64,000 bases of DNA from an uncultured Gemmatimonadales bacterium (GTDB lineage Bacteria; Gemmatimonadota; Gemmatimonadetes; Gemmatimonadales; Gemmatimonadaceae), in contig CAVPQB010000003.1 of the NCBI GenBank assembly GCA_963707505.1, positions 96,001 to 160,000 on the forward strand. Reading direction: 5' to 3'. A program made the translations under genes and the position numbers. The notes beneath the pieces were generated by a model that worked only from the letters and a program-made list of their open reading frames with translations, was not told where the DNA came from and did not search any database. Positions 28,584-39,295 of this stretch are shown here, piece after piece. How positions within the stretch are numbered: position 1 is the first letter of the stretch; each line of letters starts with the position of its first letter.

Positions 28584-29837
28584 TTAGAAGAAATCTTCCA
28601 GCCAGTTCTTCATCCGCTTGGCGAGCTTGTCAACGCCGGGCGCGTTGAACGAGTTCCGCTTGGCGCTCGGACCGCCGCCGTCCGCGACAAGACGATTGGC
28701 ACCATATAACGCGAGGCCGACCGCAGTCGCGAACCGCGGCGCTTCCACGGAATCACTGAGCCCGCCGACGTGCTCGCCCGGGACGCCTACCCGCACGCCA
28801 GTGCCAAACACGCTTGCCGCAAGCTCGGTAATCCCTTCCATGGCCGCGCCGCCGCCAGTCAGCACAATCCCGCCAGCGAGCCGCGAGCCGTAGCCCGCCC
28901 CATGTATCTCCCGGTGGACCATGTCGAAGATCTCATCCATGCGTTGATGGATGATGTGCGCCAGCAGCTCACGCGGGATCTGCCTGTCACCCTGCGCCAC
29001 GGTGCTGGGCAGCTGGATGACATCAGCGGGATCGACCATCGGCTCGTATGCGCTGCCGTAACGCTCCTTCAGTCGCTCTGCGTCCGATTGCGTCACGCCC
29101 AGTCCGTGCACGATGTCGTTCGTCACGATGTTGCCACCGAAGCCGAGCGTCGCGAGATGCCGGATCTTACCCTCGTGAAATATCGCGATGTCGGTTGTTC
29201 CAGCGCCGAGCTCGACGAGCGCAACGCCCAGCTCCTTCTCGTCTTCCGTGAGAACGGCCAGCGCGCTTGCAAGCGGCTCCAGAACGAGGTCACGCACACG
29301 ATAGCCAGCCCGCTCCACACTCTTGCGCAGATTCATTGCAGGCGAGCTGCCGATCGTCACCAGGTACATCTCGGTCTCGAGACGAGTGCCGATCATGCCG
29401 ATCGGATCGCGCACACCGGCGTTCTTGTCGACAGTGTACTCCTGCGGAATCGCGTGCAACAGCTCGCGATCCTGCGGGATCGCCTGCGCGCGCGCTACAT
29501 CATTGGCACGGTCAACGTCGGCGCGTGATATCTCCTCGCCGTTCACCGCGACGATTCCGGTACTGCTCATCGCGTGCACGTGCTCGCCGGCTATGCCAGC
29601 GTATATCGTCTCGATTCTCGTGCCCGCCATTCGCTCGGCGTCCTGCATCGCTTTCTGAATCGAGCGGGTCGTCTCCTCGATGTCGGACACGATTCCGCGG
29701 CGAAGTCCGGTTGTGCGAGCCTGACCGACGCCGAGGATCCGGATCGTCGGGTGACGGTCGCCAATCGCTTCCGCGATGATGGCAGTGGTCTTCGCAGAGC
29801 CTATGTCCAGCCCGGCAACTACGCGTTCAACGTTCAT
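28584..29837 (-). CDS. ftsA: Cell division protein FtsA
   Basis: GLDIGSAK, ELGAGTT, AERLK, VLTGGGA and the C-terminal amphipathic helix KNWLEDFF. Confidence 0.97.
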   Translation of the reverse strand: MNVERVVAGLDIGSAKTTAIIAEAIGDRHPTIRILGVGQARTTGLRRGIVSDIEETTRSIQKAMQDAERMAGTRIETIYAGIAGEHVHAMSSTGIVAVNGEEISRADVDRANDVARAQAIPQDRELLHAIPQEYTVDKNAGVRDPIGMIGTRLETEMYLVTIGSSPAMNLRKSVERAGYRVRDLVLEPLASALAVLTEDEKELGVALVELGAGTTDIAIFHEGKIRHLATLGFGGNIVTNDIVHGLGVTQSDAERLKERYGSAYEPMVDPADVIQLPSTVAQGDRQIPRELLAHIIHQRMDEIFDMVHREIHGAGYGSRLAGGIVLTGGGAAMEGITELAASVFGTGVRVGVPGEHVGGLSDSVEAPRFATAVGLALYGANRLVADGGGPSAKRNSFNAPGVDKLAKRMKNWLEDFF

Positions 29838-30535
29838 TCAAGCCTTGCGACAACCTGATCGCGATAACGGATGTCCAACTCTGCTGCCCGCTCATTGCGG
29901 CGGGCCAGGTCGGATTCAACGGGAAAGATATCCCGGAAGCGTTGCGGGGCCACCCCCGCCGACGCTCGCACACGCAATGATGAGTTTAGCGTGAATACCA
30001 GGTCGTGCCCATCCGGCGCGACCTCGCTGATCAGTCCGAACATTTTGGGATCGATCGCACGCAGGTCCCCAACGAGCCGGAGCGCATCGCGATCCGGTGC
30101 CGTCACCACTGGCAGGTCCAGATTCGCTGTGCTTGGATCGATCGGCAGCGCGCGCCCGGCAGAATCGTACGGCTGGAGCCCATCTCCGCGTGGCACGAGT
30201 GCGACCGGCATGTTCTCTCTGATGGTGATTATCAGCGTTCCGGGAAACCGGCGAGTGATCTGGACATCTGCGACTTGTGGATGCGATCTGAGGCGCGCCT
30301 CGAGCGGAGCTATGTCATCGACGATCGACCGAAGCGTATCCACTCGCAGCCGCGCAACCACATCGTCCGGCTGAAGGTACCGCACACCGCGAATCTCGAG
30401 CTTCCTGACATGGAAGTACGTCATCCGGTGCATCGCCGCCCGGCCCCATTTGGGGGCCGTGACCAGTGCCGCTGCAAGGATGATCCCGGCCAGGTACCGA
30501 TAGCCGGGTTTCTTGAGTCGCTCGGGAAACTTCAA
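29834..30535 (-). CDS. ftsQ: Cell division protein FtsQ/DivIB
   Basis: TM, POTRA domain (HPQV..VQITRRFPGTL.I.IRE), C-terminal LDIRYRDQVV. Sits between murC and ftsA. Confidence 0.92.
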   Translation of the reverse strand: MKFPERLKKPGYRYLAGIILAAALVTAPKWGRAAMHRMTYFHVRKLEIRGVRYLQPDDVVARLRVDTLRSIVDDIAPLEARLRSHPQVADVQITRRFPGTLIITIRENMPVALVPRGDGLQPYDSAGRALPIDPSTANLDLPVVTAPDRDALRLVGDLRAIDPKMFGLISEVAPDGHDLVFTLNSSLRVRASAGVAPQRFRDIFPVESDLARRNERAAELDIRYRDQVVARLE

Positions 30536-31930
30536 GATTTTTTGGTTGACGACACCAGAATGTCGCGCAGCTCGTGAGCCGTTCGCGTGATGTCGCCCGC
30601 GCCAACGGTCATTACAACATCACCCGCACGCACTTCGCTGGATAGGGCCTGGGCAAGCGCCGGTCTCTCCCCGCGCCACGTCAAGGTGCCACCGGCCGCA
30701 GCAATCGCGCGCTCGACCAGATCCGAGCTGACGCCCGGGATCGCCTGCTCGCGCGCCGGGTACAGCTCGGTGAGGAAGATCGCGTCGGCACCGGACAGCG
30801 CGCTCCCAAACTCGCTCGCGAAATCGCGCGTCCGAGTGTAGAGATGCGGCTGGAAGGCAAGCACGAGGCGGCGACCTGGAAAGGTGGCCCTGGCAGCCTG
30901 TATCGTGGCCGCGATCTCGGTGGGATGATGGGCATAGTCGTCCACGATCGAGACACCGCCGACCTCGGCGATTCGCTGAAACCTCCGTTCCACGCCCGCA
31001 AACTCCGCAAGCCCCGCTACCAATTGCGCGGGCTCGACGCCGAGCGCGATCCCCGATCCGATCGCCGCCAGAGCATTCCGCACGTTGTGCATGCCGGGCA
31101 CGCGCAGTGTCGCGTCGCATTTTTTCTCGCCGTCGTAGAAAACGACGAAGGTCGAACCGCCATTCACCGGACGAACGTCGCGCGCGACGAGCCGTGCGTC
31201 AGGCGAATTCAATCCGTACCGGATCACCTCGGCGGTCGCGGGCAGCACCAGCGAGTTGGCGCCGGTGTCATCGGCGCAGAGCACTATCGCGCGCGCGCCG
31301 CTCACGTATCGACTGAACGTCGCGCGAATGTCGGCCAGATCGGTGTAGATGTCGAGGTGATCTGCCTCGACGTTCGTGACGACGGCGATGGCCGGATCGA
31401 GGGCGAGGAACGACCGGTCATATTCATCGGCCTCGACCACGAACAGCCGATCGGAGCCGAACGACATGTTGCCGTCCCATTCCGCGACGCGGCCACCAGC
31501 AATTCCTGTGGGGTCGAGGCCGGCCGAGCGGAGGGCTGTGGTGGTCATTACCGTCGTCGTCGTCTTGCCGTGGGTGCCGGCGATTCCCACCACGTCGCCC
31601 GACGACACGGCGGCGCCCAGGGCTTCCGCACGACGGATGACGGCGATCCCGGCCTCGTGCGCTGCCAGCAGCTCTGGATGGTCGCGCCCCATCGCCGATG
31701 TGAATACGACGGCCCGCGCGCCAGCGACGTGCGCTGGTCGAATGACCTTCCATGACGTCGATACCCAACCGGCCCAGATCGGCTCGCGCCGCAGCCGGAT
31801 TGGTATCGCATCCAGTGACCTTGACACCGCGGCGCGCGAACAGCTCCGCGAGCGCGCTCATGCCGGCCCCGGCGATGCCGACGAAGTGAACCGGACGGTC
31901 GTCGCCGCCGGAAAACACATCATAACTCAC
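30532..31930 (-). CDS. murC: UDP-N-acetylmuramate--L-alanine ligase, split by one extra base at about 31735-31742
   Basis: The N-terminal HFVGIAGAGMSALA is in one frame. GTHGKTTT, EADEYD, DDYAHHPTE and FQPH are in the other. Confidence 0.93.
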
Positions 31931-33027
31931 TTGAAGCAATCCATCCCAAGTATTTTAATCGCAATATCTTGCGCTGCATGAGGTCGAGCGCGCATCAATG
32001 TTTTTTCACGCATCTCACCGCGTAGGGTGGCGTCGGTTGCGAGTCGCGTCACCATGGCTCCAAGGGATTCAGGCGTGAGCGCATCCTGCTGAATCATTAC
32101 TGCGGCGCCGGAGGCGGCGATGGCCCGGGCATTCTGCGTCTGATGATCGGCGGCGGCAGTTGGTAGCGGGACAAGAATCGCTGGAATCCCCCACGCGGAC
32201 AGCTCTGCCGTGGTCATCGCTCCAGCCCGGGTGAGCGCCAGATCCGCCGCGCAGTAGGCCGACGCCATGTCCGAGATGTACGGAACCACGCGTACCGAAG
32301 CACGCTCATACCGAGCATACTTTCCGAAGTTCGCCGGCCCGGTCGCCCAGATCACACGGATCTCCTTGCCGGTTCGAGCCAGCCATTTCGCCACGACCCG
32401 GTTGATTCCCTCCGCCCCCTGGCTACCTCCGAAGACGAGCAGCGCGGGGGCCGACGTATCCGTAAACCCCCACCGAGCCGCCGCCTGCTGGCCGGACGGT
32501 CGTTCGTTCAGCGGGGTCGGAGGGGCAATCGGATTGCCGGATTCGAATACTTCCGTTCGATGGCTCAGACGAAGCGCGCGCGCCGCTTCCGGGAATCCGA
32601 GGTGGAGTTGAGCTGCGCGAGGGGCGAACCAGCGAACCGTGAGGCCTGGAACGCTATTCTGGTCCTGGATCACGATCGGAATCCGCCGCTTTGCCGCGAC
32701 GCCGAGCGCGATACCCGCCGCATATCCCCCGGTCGCGACCAACGCGCGGGGCGACCGCTCGGCGGCGATCCGGACAATTCGACGCCAGCTGCCCGTCGAC
32801 GCCATGATCGTTCGCCAGTTTCGCCACGGCTGTGACCGGTAGAGCGGATGCAGGTTCAACAGCTCGTACTCGAACTCGGTTTCGGGCAGGATATTCCGCT
32901 CGATCCCGCGCTCGGCGCCGATAAAAAACGGGGTTACTCGCGAATCGGCCGCGACCATCGCACGGGCGATGGCCAGCGCTGGATAGAGGTGACCGCCGCT
33001 GCCGCCGCCGGCAAAGAGAACGTTCAC
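31927..33027 (-). CDS. murG: Undecaprenyldiphospho-muramoylpentapeptide GlcNAc transferase
   Basis: GGGSGGHLYP, GGY, DQN, GNP, GGSQGA, RAGA and HQTQNA motifs. Confidence 0.97.
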   Translation of the reverse strand: MNVLFAGGGSGGHLYPALAIARAMVAADSRVTPFFIGAERGIERNILPETEFEYELLNLHPLYRSQPWRNWRTIMASTGSWRRIVRIAAERSPRALVATGGYAAGIALGVAAKRRIPIVIQDQNSVPGLTVRWFAPRAAQLHLGFPEAARALRLSHRTEVFESGNPIAPPTPLNERPSGQQAAARWGFTDTSAPALLVFGGSQGAEGINRVVAKWLARTGKEIRVIWATGPANFGKYARYERASVRVVPYISDMASAYCAADLALTRAGAMTTAELSAWGIPAILVPLPTAAADHQTQNARAIAASGAAVMIQQDALTPESLGAMVTRLATDATLRGEMREKTLMRARPHAAQDIAIKILGMDCFK

Positions 33028-34196
33028 TGTTCCGCAGTCCGTAGAGGGTTGGTCGCGCCTTCCCCGATCACCCGCTCGCGCTCACTCCCGATGTTGATCA
33101 GGATCCCGGTCATCGCGAGGGTGAGCAGCATGCTGGTGCGTCCGTAAGATATGAATGGAAGCGCAAGCCCCGTATTCGGAAGCAGCCCGATAGTGACCCC
33201 AATGTGGAGAAATGCGCTGATCACGATCGTAGCGACGATTCCCACAGCCACCAGCTGCTGGAACTTGGACCGCGCGGCACGAGCTATACGGAAGCCCAGA
33301 TAGGCATACGCCGCGAACCCGAGCACCAGCAACGCGAGCCCGATGAAGCCACGTTCTTCACCGATGTTGGCAGCAATGAAGTCGTCGTACGCAAACGGAA
33401 GGAATCCGTACTGCTGCCTTCCCTGCCCGAATCCGACGCCGAGCAGTCCGCCGGAGCCGATTGCGATGAGCGACTGCCGCGCCTGATAGTCCACATGCGG
33501 AGCGACACCAGGATTGAAGAATGCCGTCATTCGCAGCATTACGTACTGCAGTTTTTCCGCCCTGGAGTAAAGCGCGGGAATCGCGATCGCCACGAGCGCG
33601 ACGAAATGGCCGATCCGAACGCCGGCAGCGAACAGAATGATTCCCATGATCAGCGTATAGAACATTGCCGACGACAGGTCCGGTTCGACGTACACCAGCA
33701 CGTCCAGCAGGCCGACGATCACAAGGAACGGAAACAACCCCTTGCTCAGGCGGCGCATCGCGTCGCCTTTCTTGACTACGAGCATCGAGGTCCAGATCAC
33801 GAGGGCTAGCTTTGCGGCCTCGGATGGCTGCATGCTGGAGCCGAACAGATACCGGCGCGCGCCGTGGATTCGCGGAGCCCAGCGAATCGTGAAGGGCAGT
33901 ATGACGATAACGAGCAGGACGAGACACACGATCATTGCTGGCCATGCAAGGTCATACCATCGCTCAGCGTCGAACTTCGCAGCAAACGCGAAGAGCACGA
34001 GTCCGAGTGCCATTCCGCCCAGCTGCCGCAGCATGTAATACGCGCCATTGTGCCCCGCCTGCAGTGCCACGATGCTGCTTGCGCTGTAAACCGTAACCAG
34101 ACCGAACGCGAGAAAGACGAGTGTCAGCATCGTCAGCACGCGCGCTTCCCACGTCATGTGCCAGCGATACCTCACGTGCTTGACCGCTTCAGCCAT
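33024..34196 (-). CDS. ftsW: SEDS peptidoglycan polymerase FtsW
   Basis: VYSAS, GARR, QPSE..K, EPD, YQ..QSL.AIGSGG and TGLALPFISYG motifs. Confidence 0.95.
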   Translation of the reverse strand: MAEAVKHVRYRWHMTWEARVLTMLTLVFLAFGLVTVYSASSIVALQAGHNGAYYMLRQLGGMALGLVLFAFAAKFDAERWYDLAWPAMIVCLVLLVIVILPFTIRWAPRIHGARRYLFGSSMQPSEAAKLALVIWTSMLVVKKGDAMRRLSKGLFPFLVIVGLLDVLVYVEPDLSSAMFYTLIMGIILFAAGVRIGHFVALVAIAIPALYSRAEKLQYVMLRMTAFFNPGVAPHVDYQARQSLIAIGSGGLLGVGFGQGRQQYGFLPFAYDDFIAANIGEERGFIGLALLVLGFAAYAYLGFRIARAARSKFQQLVAVGIVATIVISAFLHIGVTIGLLPNTGLALPFISYGRTSMLLTLAMTGILINIGSERERVIGEGATNPLRTAEQ

Positions 34197-35572
34197 CGCC
34201 GAGTGCCGCGCAGCTCGCGGAAGCGTTGACCGCGCTCCACGTAGTTGTTGAACATGTCGTAGCTGGAGCATGCGGGCGACAGCAGGACCGCATCGCCGCT
34301 CACGGCAACACCGCGGGCTGCTGCGATGACTTCTTCGAATGTGCCATCGACGCGTGTCAGCGCGACGCCGTCGGCCAGATCGTGTTGCACCAGCGGAGCG
34401 GCCTCGCCGAATGCAATCACGTGCTTGACGTGTTGCGCAATCGGCCCCAGTAGCGCAGTGTACGGCTCGCCCTTGTGGCGCCCGCCGAGCAGCAGAACGG
34501 TCGGCCGCGTCATTCCCTGCACGGCCACGAGAGTCGAGGCGACGTTTGTGGCCTTGGAATCATTGATCCACTCGATGCCGTTCCACTCGCCGACCACTTC
34601 GAGCCGGTTGGGCATCGCGCGAAATGAGCGCAGCGTATCCGCTATCGCCTGGCGAGCCTTGTGCGTGCGGAAGTCGTCCGATGCAGCCATGACGGCGAGC
34701 GACGCCGCCAGTGCGTTGGCGACGTTGTGATCGCCCAGCAAATGCAGGTCATCACGCGGCAGGAGCGGAGCACCGAAGACGACGAGGGAATCGGCTGTGC
34801 GGTCGTACCATGCGTCCGACTGCTTCGCGATGCTGAAGCGAAAGTGCTCGCCCGCCACTCCTTGCGCCATGTCGAGCGAGGCGGGATCATCCGCATTCAG
34901 CACCCAGCGCGATTGTGACGTGGCGTTGCGAAAGAGGAGAGCCTTATCTGCGAAATAATCGCCGACAGCCGCGTAGCGATCCAGATGATCGGCGCTCAGG
35001 TTCGTGAGCACACCAACGTCGGGCGCGATGCTCGGCGTGTCGTGCAGTTGAAACGATGACAGCTCGAGCGATACCCAGTCAGGCTGCGGCTTGGCGAGTG
35101 CGACCTCCGACAGCGGCGTGCCGATGTTGCCCGCGTCGGGCGCAGTCACGCCAAGGCCTCGCAGGAGCTCTCCGATCAGCGCTGTGGTCGTCGTCTTGCC
35201 GTTCGTGCCGGTGACCGCGATGTAGCGAACGTTCGGCATGTAGCGAAGCGCGATCTCGATCTCACTCACGACAGCGCGTGACGCAATGCCGGCTGCGACG
35301 AGTGCTGGCGCGTTGGGTGGAACGCCCGGACTGACTACGACCAGCGCGGCGCGCGCTATTCGAGCGGCGTCGTGGCCGCCGATCTGAACGCTCGCGCCAA
35401 GCGTCGTAAGCCCGCGCGCGATATCAGCCAGCTTGGCCGACGCACCGTCGTCGCATGCGTACACTTCGTATCCGCGTGCACGAAGCAGGCCGGAGGCGGC
35501 GACACCGCTGCGTCCGAGCCCGATCACAACGATCTCGCCTGCTGTTGGCGGAATCATCGACTGCCTGGTCAT
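34172..35572 (-). CDS. murD: UDP-N-acetylmuramoyl-L-alanine--D-glutamate ligase
   Basis: GLGRSG, SPGVP, TGTNGKTTT, ELSSFQL, DHLDRY, NDSKATN and LSPACSSYDMF motifs. Confidence 0.97.
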   Translation of the reverse strand: MTRQSMIPPTAGEIVVIGLGRSGVAASGLLRARGYEVYACDDGASAKLADIARGLTTLGASVQIGGHDAARIARAALVVVSPGVPPNAPALVAAGIASRAVVSEIEIALRYMPNVRYIAVTGTNGKTTTTALIGELLRGLGVTAPDAGNIGTPLSEVALAKPQPDWVSLELSSFQLHDTPSIAPDVGVLTNLSADHLDRYAAVGDYFADKALLFRNATSQSRWVLNADDPASLDMAQGVAGEHFRFSIAKQSDAWYDRTADSLVVFGAPLLPRDDLHLLGDHNVANALAASLAVMAASDDFRTHKARQAIADTLRSFRAMPNRLEVVGEWNGIEWINDSKATNVASTLVAVQGMTRPTVLLLGGRHKGEPYTALLGPIAQHVKHVIAFGEAAPLVQHDLADGVALTRVDGTFEEVIAAARGVAVSGDAVLLSPACSSYDMFNNYVERGQRFRELRGTRRWLKRSST

Positions 35573-36711
35573 CGCAGCTTGAGCGTGCTGAAGGCTAGGA
35601 ATGCACAGAGGATGCCGATGATCCAGAACCTCACCACGACCTGCGACTCCGTCCACCCCTTCATCTCGAAGTGATGATGCAGCGGCGCGCGTCGAAATAC
35701 ACGATGCTCTCGTGCGTACTCGACGCCGTAGCGTTTTTTCCGATACTTGAACACATACCGCTGCAGAATCACCGACACCATCTCCGCGACGAACAAACCA
35801 CCCACAAAGACGAGCAGGAACTCCGACTTCAGCAGCACTGCGATGGCTCCGAGCGCGCCGCCAAGCGCGAGCGAGCCCGTATCACCCATGAAGATTTCCG
35901 CCGGATGCGTGTTGAACCAGAGAAATCCGATGCACGCACCGAGTATGGACGCGCAGAACACTGTCAACTCGCCAGCGCCGCTCATGAAGAAAAGCCCGAG
36001 CGAGTGGCTCAGATCCACGCGTCCGATAACGTATGCGAAACCAGCGAACGTCAGTGCGGCAATCGCCACCAGACCCGTCGCGAGACCATCGAGACCGTCG
36101 GTCATGTTCACTGCATTGCTGGTACCGGTCATCACGAATGTGACGAACAGAACGTACAGCCACGCGAACGCCGGAGATAGCGGAATGATCAGAACGTACT
36201 TGTAGAACGGCAGCGTCGTCGACGCACCGGGGAGATTCGAGATCGGAAAATGCCAGACGTAAAGGCCGAGCGCGAGACCGAGTGCAATCTGGCCGGTAAG
36301 CTTGTACCGCTCGATCAAACCCCTGTTCGCTTCACCACGCGCTTTCTGGCGCAGCTTGAGGTAATCGTCAAGGAATCCGATCCCGCCCATCCATAACATC
36401 ACAAAGACGCAAACCCAGATGTACCGATTCGTGAGACGGGCCCACAGGAGAGTCGGAAGTATGGTCGCGATCAGTATTATGAGACCGCCCATTGTGGGCG
36501 TGTTGGATTTGCCAGCATGACTGTCCGGCGTTCCCGCCCTCACCACCTGGGCGATACGATTGCGCCTCAGTGCGCCTATGATGATTGGCCCCACGAGGAA
36601 CGACAGGAGGAGTGCGGTGACAGCTGCTCCCGCCGCGCGGAAGCTGATGTAATTGAATAGCCGCAGGAATCCAAGGTACGGACTGAGCGGAACGAGAAGG
36701 TAGTTCAGCAA
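35569..36711 (-). CDS. mraY: Phospho-N-acetylmuramoyl-pentapeptide transferase
   Basis: TPTMGG, GFLDDYLK, NAVNMTDGLDGL, FMGDTGSL and APLHHHFE motifs. TTG start inferred. Confidence 0.97.
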   Translation of the reverse strand: MLNYLLVPLSPYLGFLRLFNYISFRAAGAAVTALLLSFLVGPIIIGALRRNRIAQVVRAGTPDSHAGKSNTPTMGGLIILIATILPTLLWARLTNRYIWVCVFVMLWMGGIGFLDDYLKLRQKARGEANRGLIERYKLTGQIALGLALGLYVWHFPISNLPGASTTLPFYKYVLIIPLSPAFAWLYVLFVTFVMTGTSNAVNMTDGLDGLATGLVAIAALTFAGFAYVIGRVDLSHSLGLFFMSGAGELTVFCASILGACIGFLWFNTHPAEIFMGDTGSLALGGALGAIAVLLKSEFLLVFVGGLFVAEMVSVILQRYVFKYRKKRYGVEYAREHRVFRRAPLHHHFEMKGWTESQVVVRFWIIGILCAFLAFSTLKLR

Positions 36712-38066
36712 TCGTGGTTCGCCCAGCTGGTTATGTGTGGTAGGATCCGCTCGAGCTTCGCGCCGCGAGACGCCTTCAACAATATGGTCGCATCGTCCTG
36801 CAAATGCGGAGCTAGCTCGGACCACAGCTGGTCGACGTCGCTCGCGATCACGATCCGTTTATCATCTGGGGCGACTCGTCGAAGCGCAGCTGCAAACTCG
36901 CCGATTCCGCCGATGAGAGCCACGGGCGCAGCGACCGCCGCGCGCGCGACATCATCATGACAGCGGTCCGAGTTTGCACCCAGTTCAAGCATCGAGCCGA
37001 GCACCGCGACTTTCTGCATACCTGGTGCCGCGGTGAGCATATCGATCGCTGCGATTGCCGATCCGGGATTCGAATTGTACGCATCGTTGATGACGAGCGC
37101 ACGTCCTACCGTCTGCCAGTTTGCACGCATCGGCGGCGGCGTGAGCGACGCGATGCCGCGAGCCGCATCCCCGGCACCGCATCCGACTTCGCGCGCCGCG
37201 GCGAGCGCAAGCATCAGATTCCTGAGATTGTGTGCACCGCGCAACGGTGAATGAATGGAAACGCCGTCGACAGTTGCCGTTCCAGTACCGTCGCTCTCCA
37301 GCTTCCAGGAGGTCGCGTGAACGTCGCCGTCGTCGAGTCCAGCCGTCACCAGGCGCAGCGGCGACGCTGCCGCCACGAGGCCAACATCGGACGAAGGGAC
37401 TATTCCGACCGCGACACCATGAAACACCGATGTCTCCTCGCGCAGCACTCCAGCGAGATCGCCGAAGCCTTCGAGATGTTCCTCCGCGATCGACGTGACG
37501 ATGGCGACGTCGGGGCGCGAGATATCACGCAGTATCGCAATCTCGCCCGGTATGCTCGTACCAAGCTCGATGATTGCAACGTCGGACTCGGCGGGTAGCG
37601 CGAGAAGTGTCAGGGGCACGCCGATGCGATTGTTGAGATTGCCGCTGGTTGCGTGGACTGCGAGGCGCGATTCGAGTGCCGACCGCAATAGCTCCTTGGT
37701 GCTGGTCTTGCCGTTGCTCCCCGCGATCGCGATGACAGGGCCGCCCCAAGCCAGCCGTCTGAAGCGCGCGAGATCGCCGAGCGCGACGAGCGTGTCATCG
37801 ACGAGGTAAATGGGAACGTTGAGCTCGCCGATTGCAACGGTGCGGCTCACGACCAGCGCACGCGCGCCTGCGGCAACAGCCTCTGCGAGAAAATCGTGCG
37901 CATCGAATCTATCACCGGCCAGCGCAACGAATATGTCGCCCGGGCGAAGCGATCGTGTGTCAGTCGACACGTTGCCAAGTGCGTGCGAGCCGCGCGGCGC
38001 ACTGGTCGATATTCGCGACGCAAGCGCGTGAGCGAGCCTGTCAGCCGTCCAGAAGCCGTCGCTCAA
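36705..38066 (-). CDS. murF: UDP-N-acetylmuramoyl-tripeptide--D-Ala-D-Ala ligase
   Basis: TDTR, GSNGKTSTKE, NLNNRIGVP, NDAYNSNP, MLELG and KASRG motifs. Confidence 0.96.
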   Translation of the reverse strand: MSDGFWTADRLAHALASRISTSAPRGSHALGNVSTDTRSLRPGDIFVALAGDRFDAHDFLAEAVAAGARALVVSRTVAIGELNVPIYLVDDTLVALGDLARFRRLAWGGPVIAIAGSNGKTSTKELLRSALESRLAVHATSGNLNNRIGVPLTLLALPAESDVAIIELGTSIPGEIAILRDISRPDVAIVTSIAEEHLEGFGDLAGVLREETSVFHGVAVGIVPSSDVGLVAAASPLRLVTAGLDDGDVHATSWKLESDGTGTATVDGVSIHSPLRGAHNLRNLMLALAAAREVGCGAGDAARGIASLTPPPMRANWQTVGRALVINDAYNSNPGSAIAAIDMLTAAPGMQKVAVLGSMLELGANSDRCHDDVARAAVAAPVALIGGIGEFAAALRRVAPDDKRIVIASDVDQLWSELAPHLQDDATILLKASRGAKLERILPHITSWANHDC

Positions 38067-39295
38067 CTTGGGAGGCCCAGCAGTTCTGCGACTACCTGAC
38101 GCTCATCGAACGGATGCTTCTCCGTGCCGACAACCTGGTACGTCTCGTGTCCCTTGCCCGCGAGCAGAATCGTGTCGCCCGGTCCAGCAACGTCGATCGC
38201 GCGCGCAATCGCCTTGCGACGATCGGTGACGCGATCGTGCGGCAACGACATGCCGCGCTCGATTTCATCGATGATCGCGTCGGGGTCTTCAGTGCGCGGA
38301 TTGTCGCTCGTGACGATCACCTTATCGGCGCCTGCCTCAGCGGCCGCTCCCATGATTGGCCGCTTGCCAGGATCGCGATCGCCGCCAGCGCCGAATACGA
38401 GGATCAGCTTTCCCGAGACAAACGGCCGCAAAGCGGCAAGAGCTCGGACGAGCGCGTCGGGCGTATGAGCGTAGTCACGGATCACCGGCGGCTGTTCGGC
38501 GATCAGCTCCAGTCGTCCCGGTATCTGCGGAATGTTACGCAGCGAGTGCGCCAGTGCGCGCATCGGAATGCCAAGCGATAGAGCTGCACAAGCGGCCCCG
38601 AGCGCGTTGATGACATTGAAATCACCCACCAGCGGCAGCCGAACCTGCACCGCCTCATCGCCCATTCTCAACGTCCAGCTGCTTCCAGTGGCGTCGAACG
38701 CAACGTCTTCCGCGCGCACGTCGCCGGCGGTTAGTCCGTACGTCACGAGTCGCGGTGCGGCCGGAAGCGAGGTCCACTCCGATTGATCGGCGTTCACCAC
38801 CGCAACACCGGTCGTCTTGAGGTAGGAGATGAGCTTCGCCTTGGCACCGAAGTACTCCTGCATCGTACCGTGGTAATCGAGATGATCCCGCGTAATGTTG
38901 GTGAACACTGCGGCGTCGAAGCTCATTCCGAATACGCGCGCCTGATCCAGCGCGTGCGATGACACTTCCATGGCAAGCGAGCGAATACCCATGTCGACCA
39001 GCTCACGCAGAACCCGCTGAAGCTCGTCCGGCCCCGGCGTCGTGAGACCGAGTCCGCCCGGAACGAGCCTGCCATCGGCGCCGACGAGAACGCCGAGTGT
39101 TCCGATGGACGCAGCAGGGGCAACCGGAAGATCGAGCAACGCACGCAGGATGTTGACGGTCGTCGTTTTGCCGTTGGTCCCGGTCACTGCGATTGCGCGC
39201 AGCGACAGCGCGGGATAGCCGTACCGTGCAGCAGCTGCGCGCGCGATCTCGATGCGCTTCGCAGCAACCATCGGATCCTTCGTGGCTCCGCTCAA
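38063..39295 (-). CDS. murE: UDP-N-acetylmuramoyl-dipeptide--meso-DAP ligase, lacking the N-terminal domain
   Basis: TGTNGKTT, TTP, MEVSSH, TNITRDHLDYH, DYAHTPD, DNPR (meso-DAP type) and AGKGHE motifs. Confidence 0.93.
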   Translation of the reverse strand: MSGATKDPMVAAKRIEIARAAAARYGYPALSLRAIAVTGTNGKTTTVNILRALLDLPVAPAASIGTLGVLVGADGRLVPGGLGLTTPGPDELQRVLRELVDMGIRSLAMEVSSHALDQARVFGMSFDAAVFTNITRDHLDYHGTMQEYFGAKAKLISYLKTTGVAVVNADQSEWTSLPAAPRLVTYGLTAGDVRAEDVAFDATGSSWTLRMGDEAVQVRLPLVGDFNVINALGAACAALSLGIPMRALAHSLRNIPQIPGRLELIAEQPPVIRDYAHTPDALVRALAALRPFVSGKLILVFGAGGDRDPGKRPIMGAAAEAGADKVIVTSDNPRTEDPDAIIDEIERGMSLPHDRVTDRRKAIARAIDVAGPGDTILLAGKGHETYQVVGTEKHPFDERQVVAELLGLPS

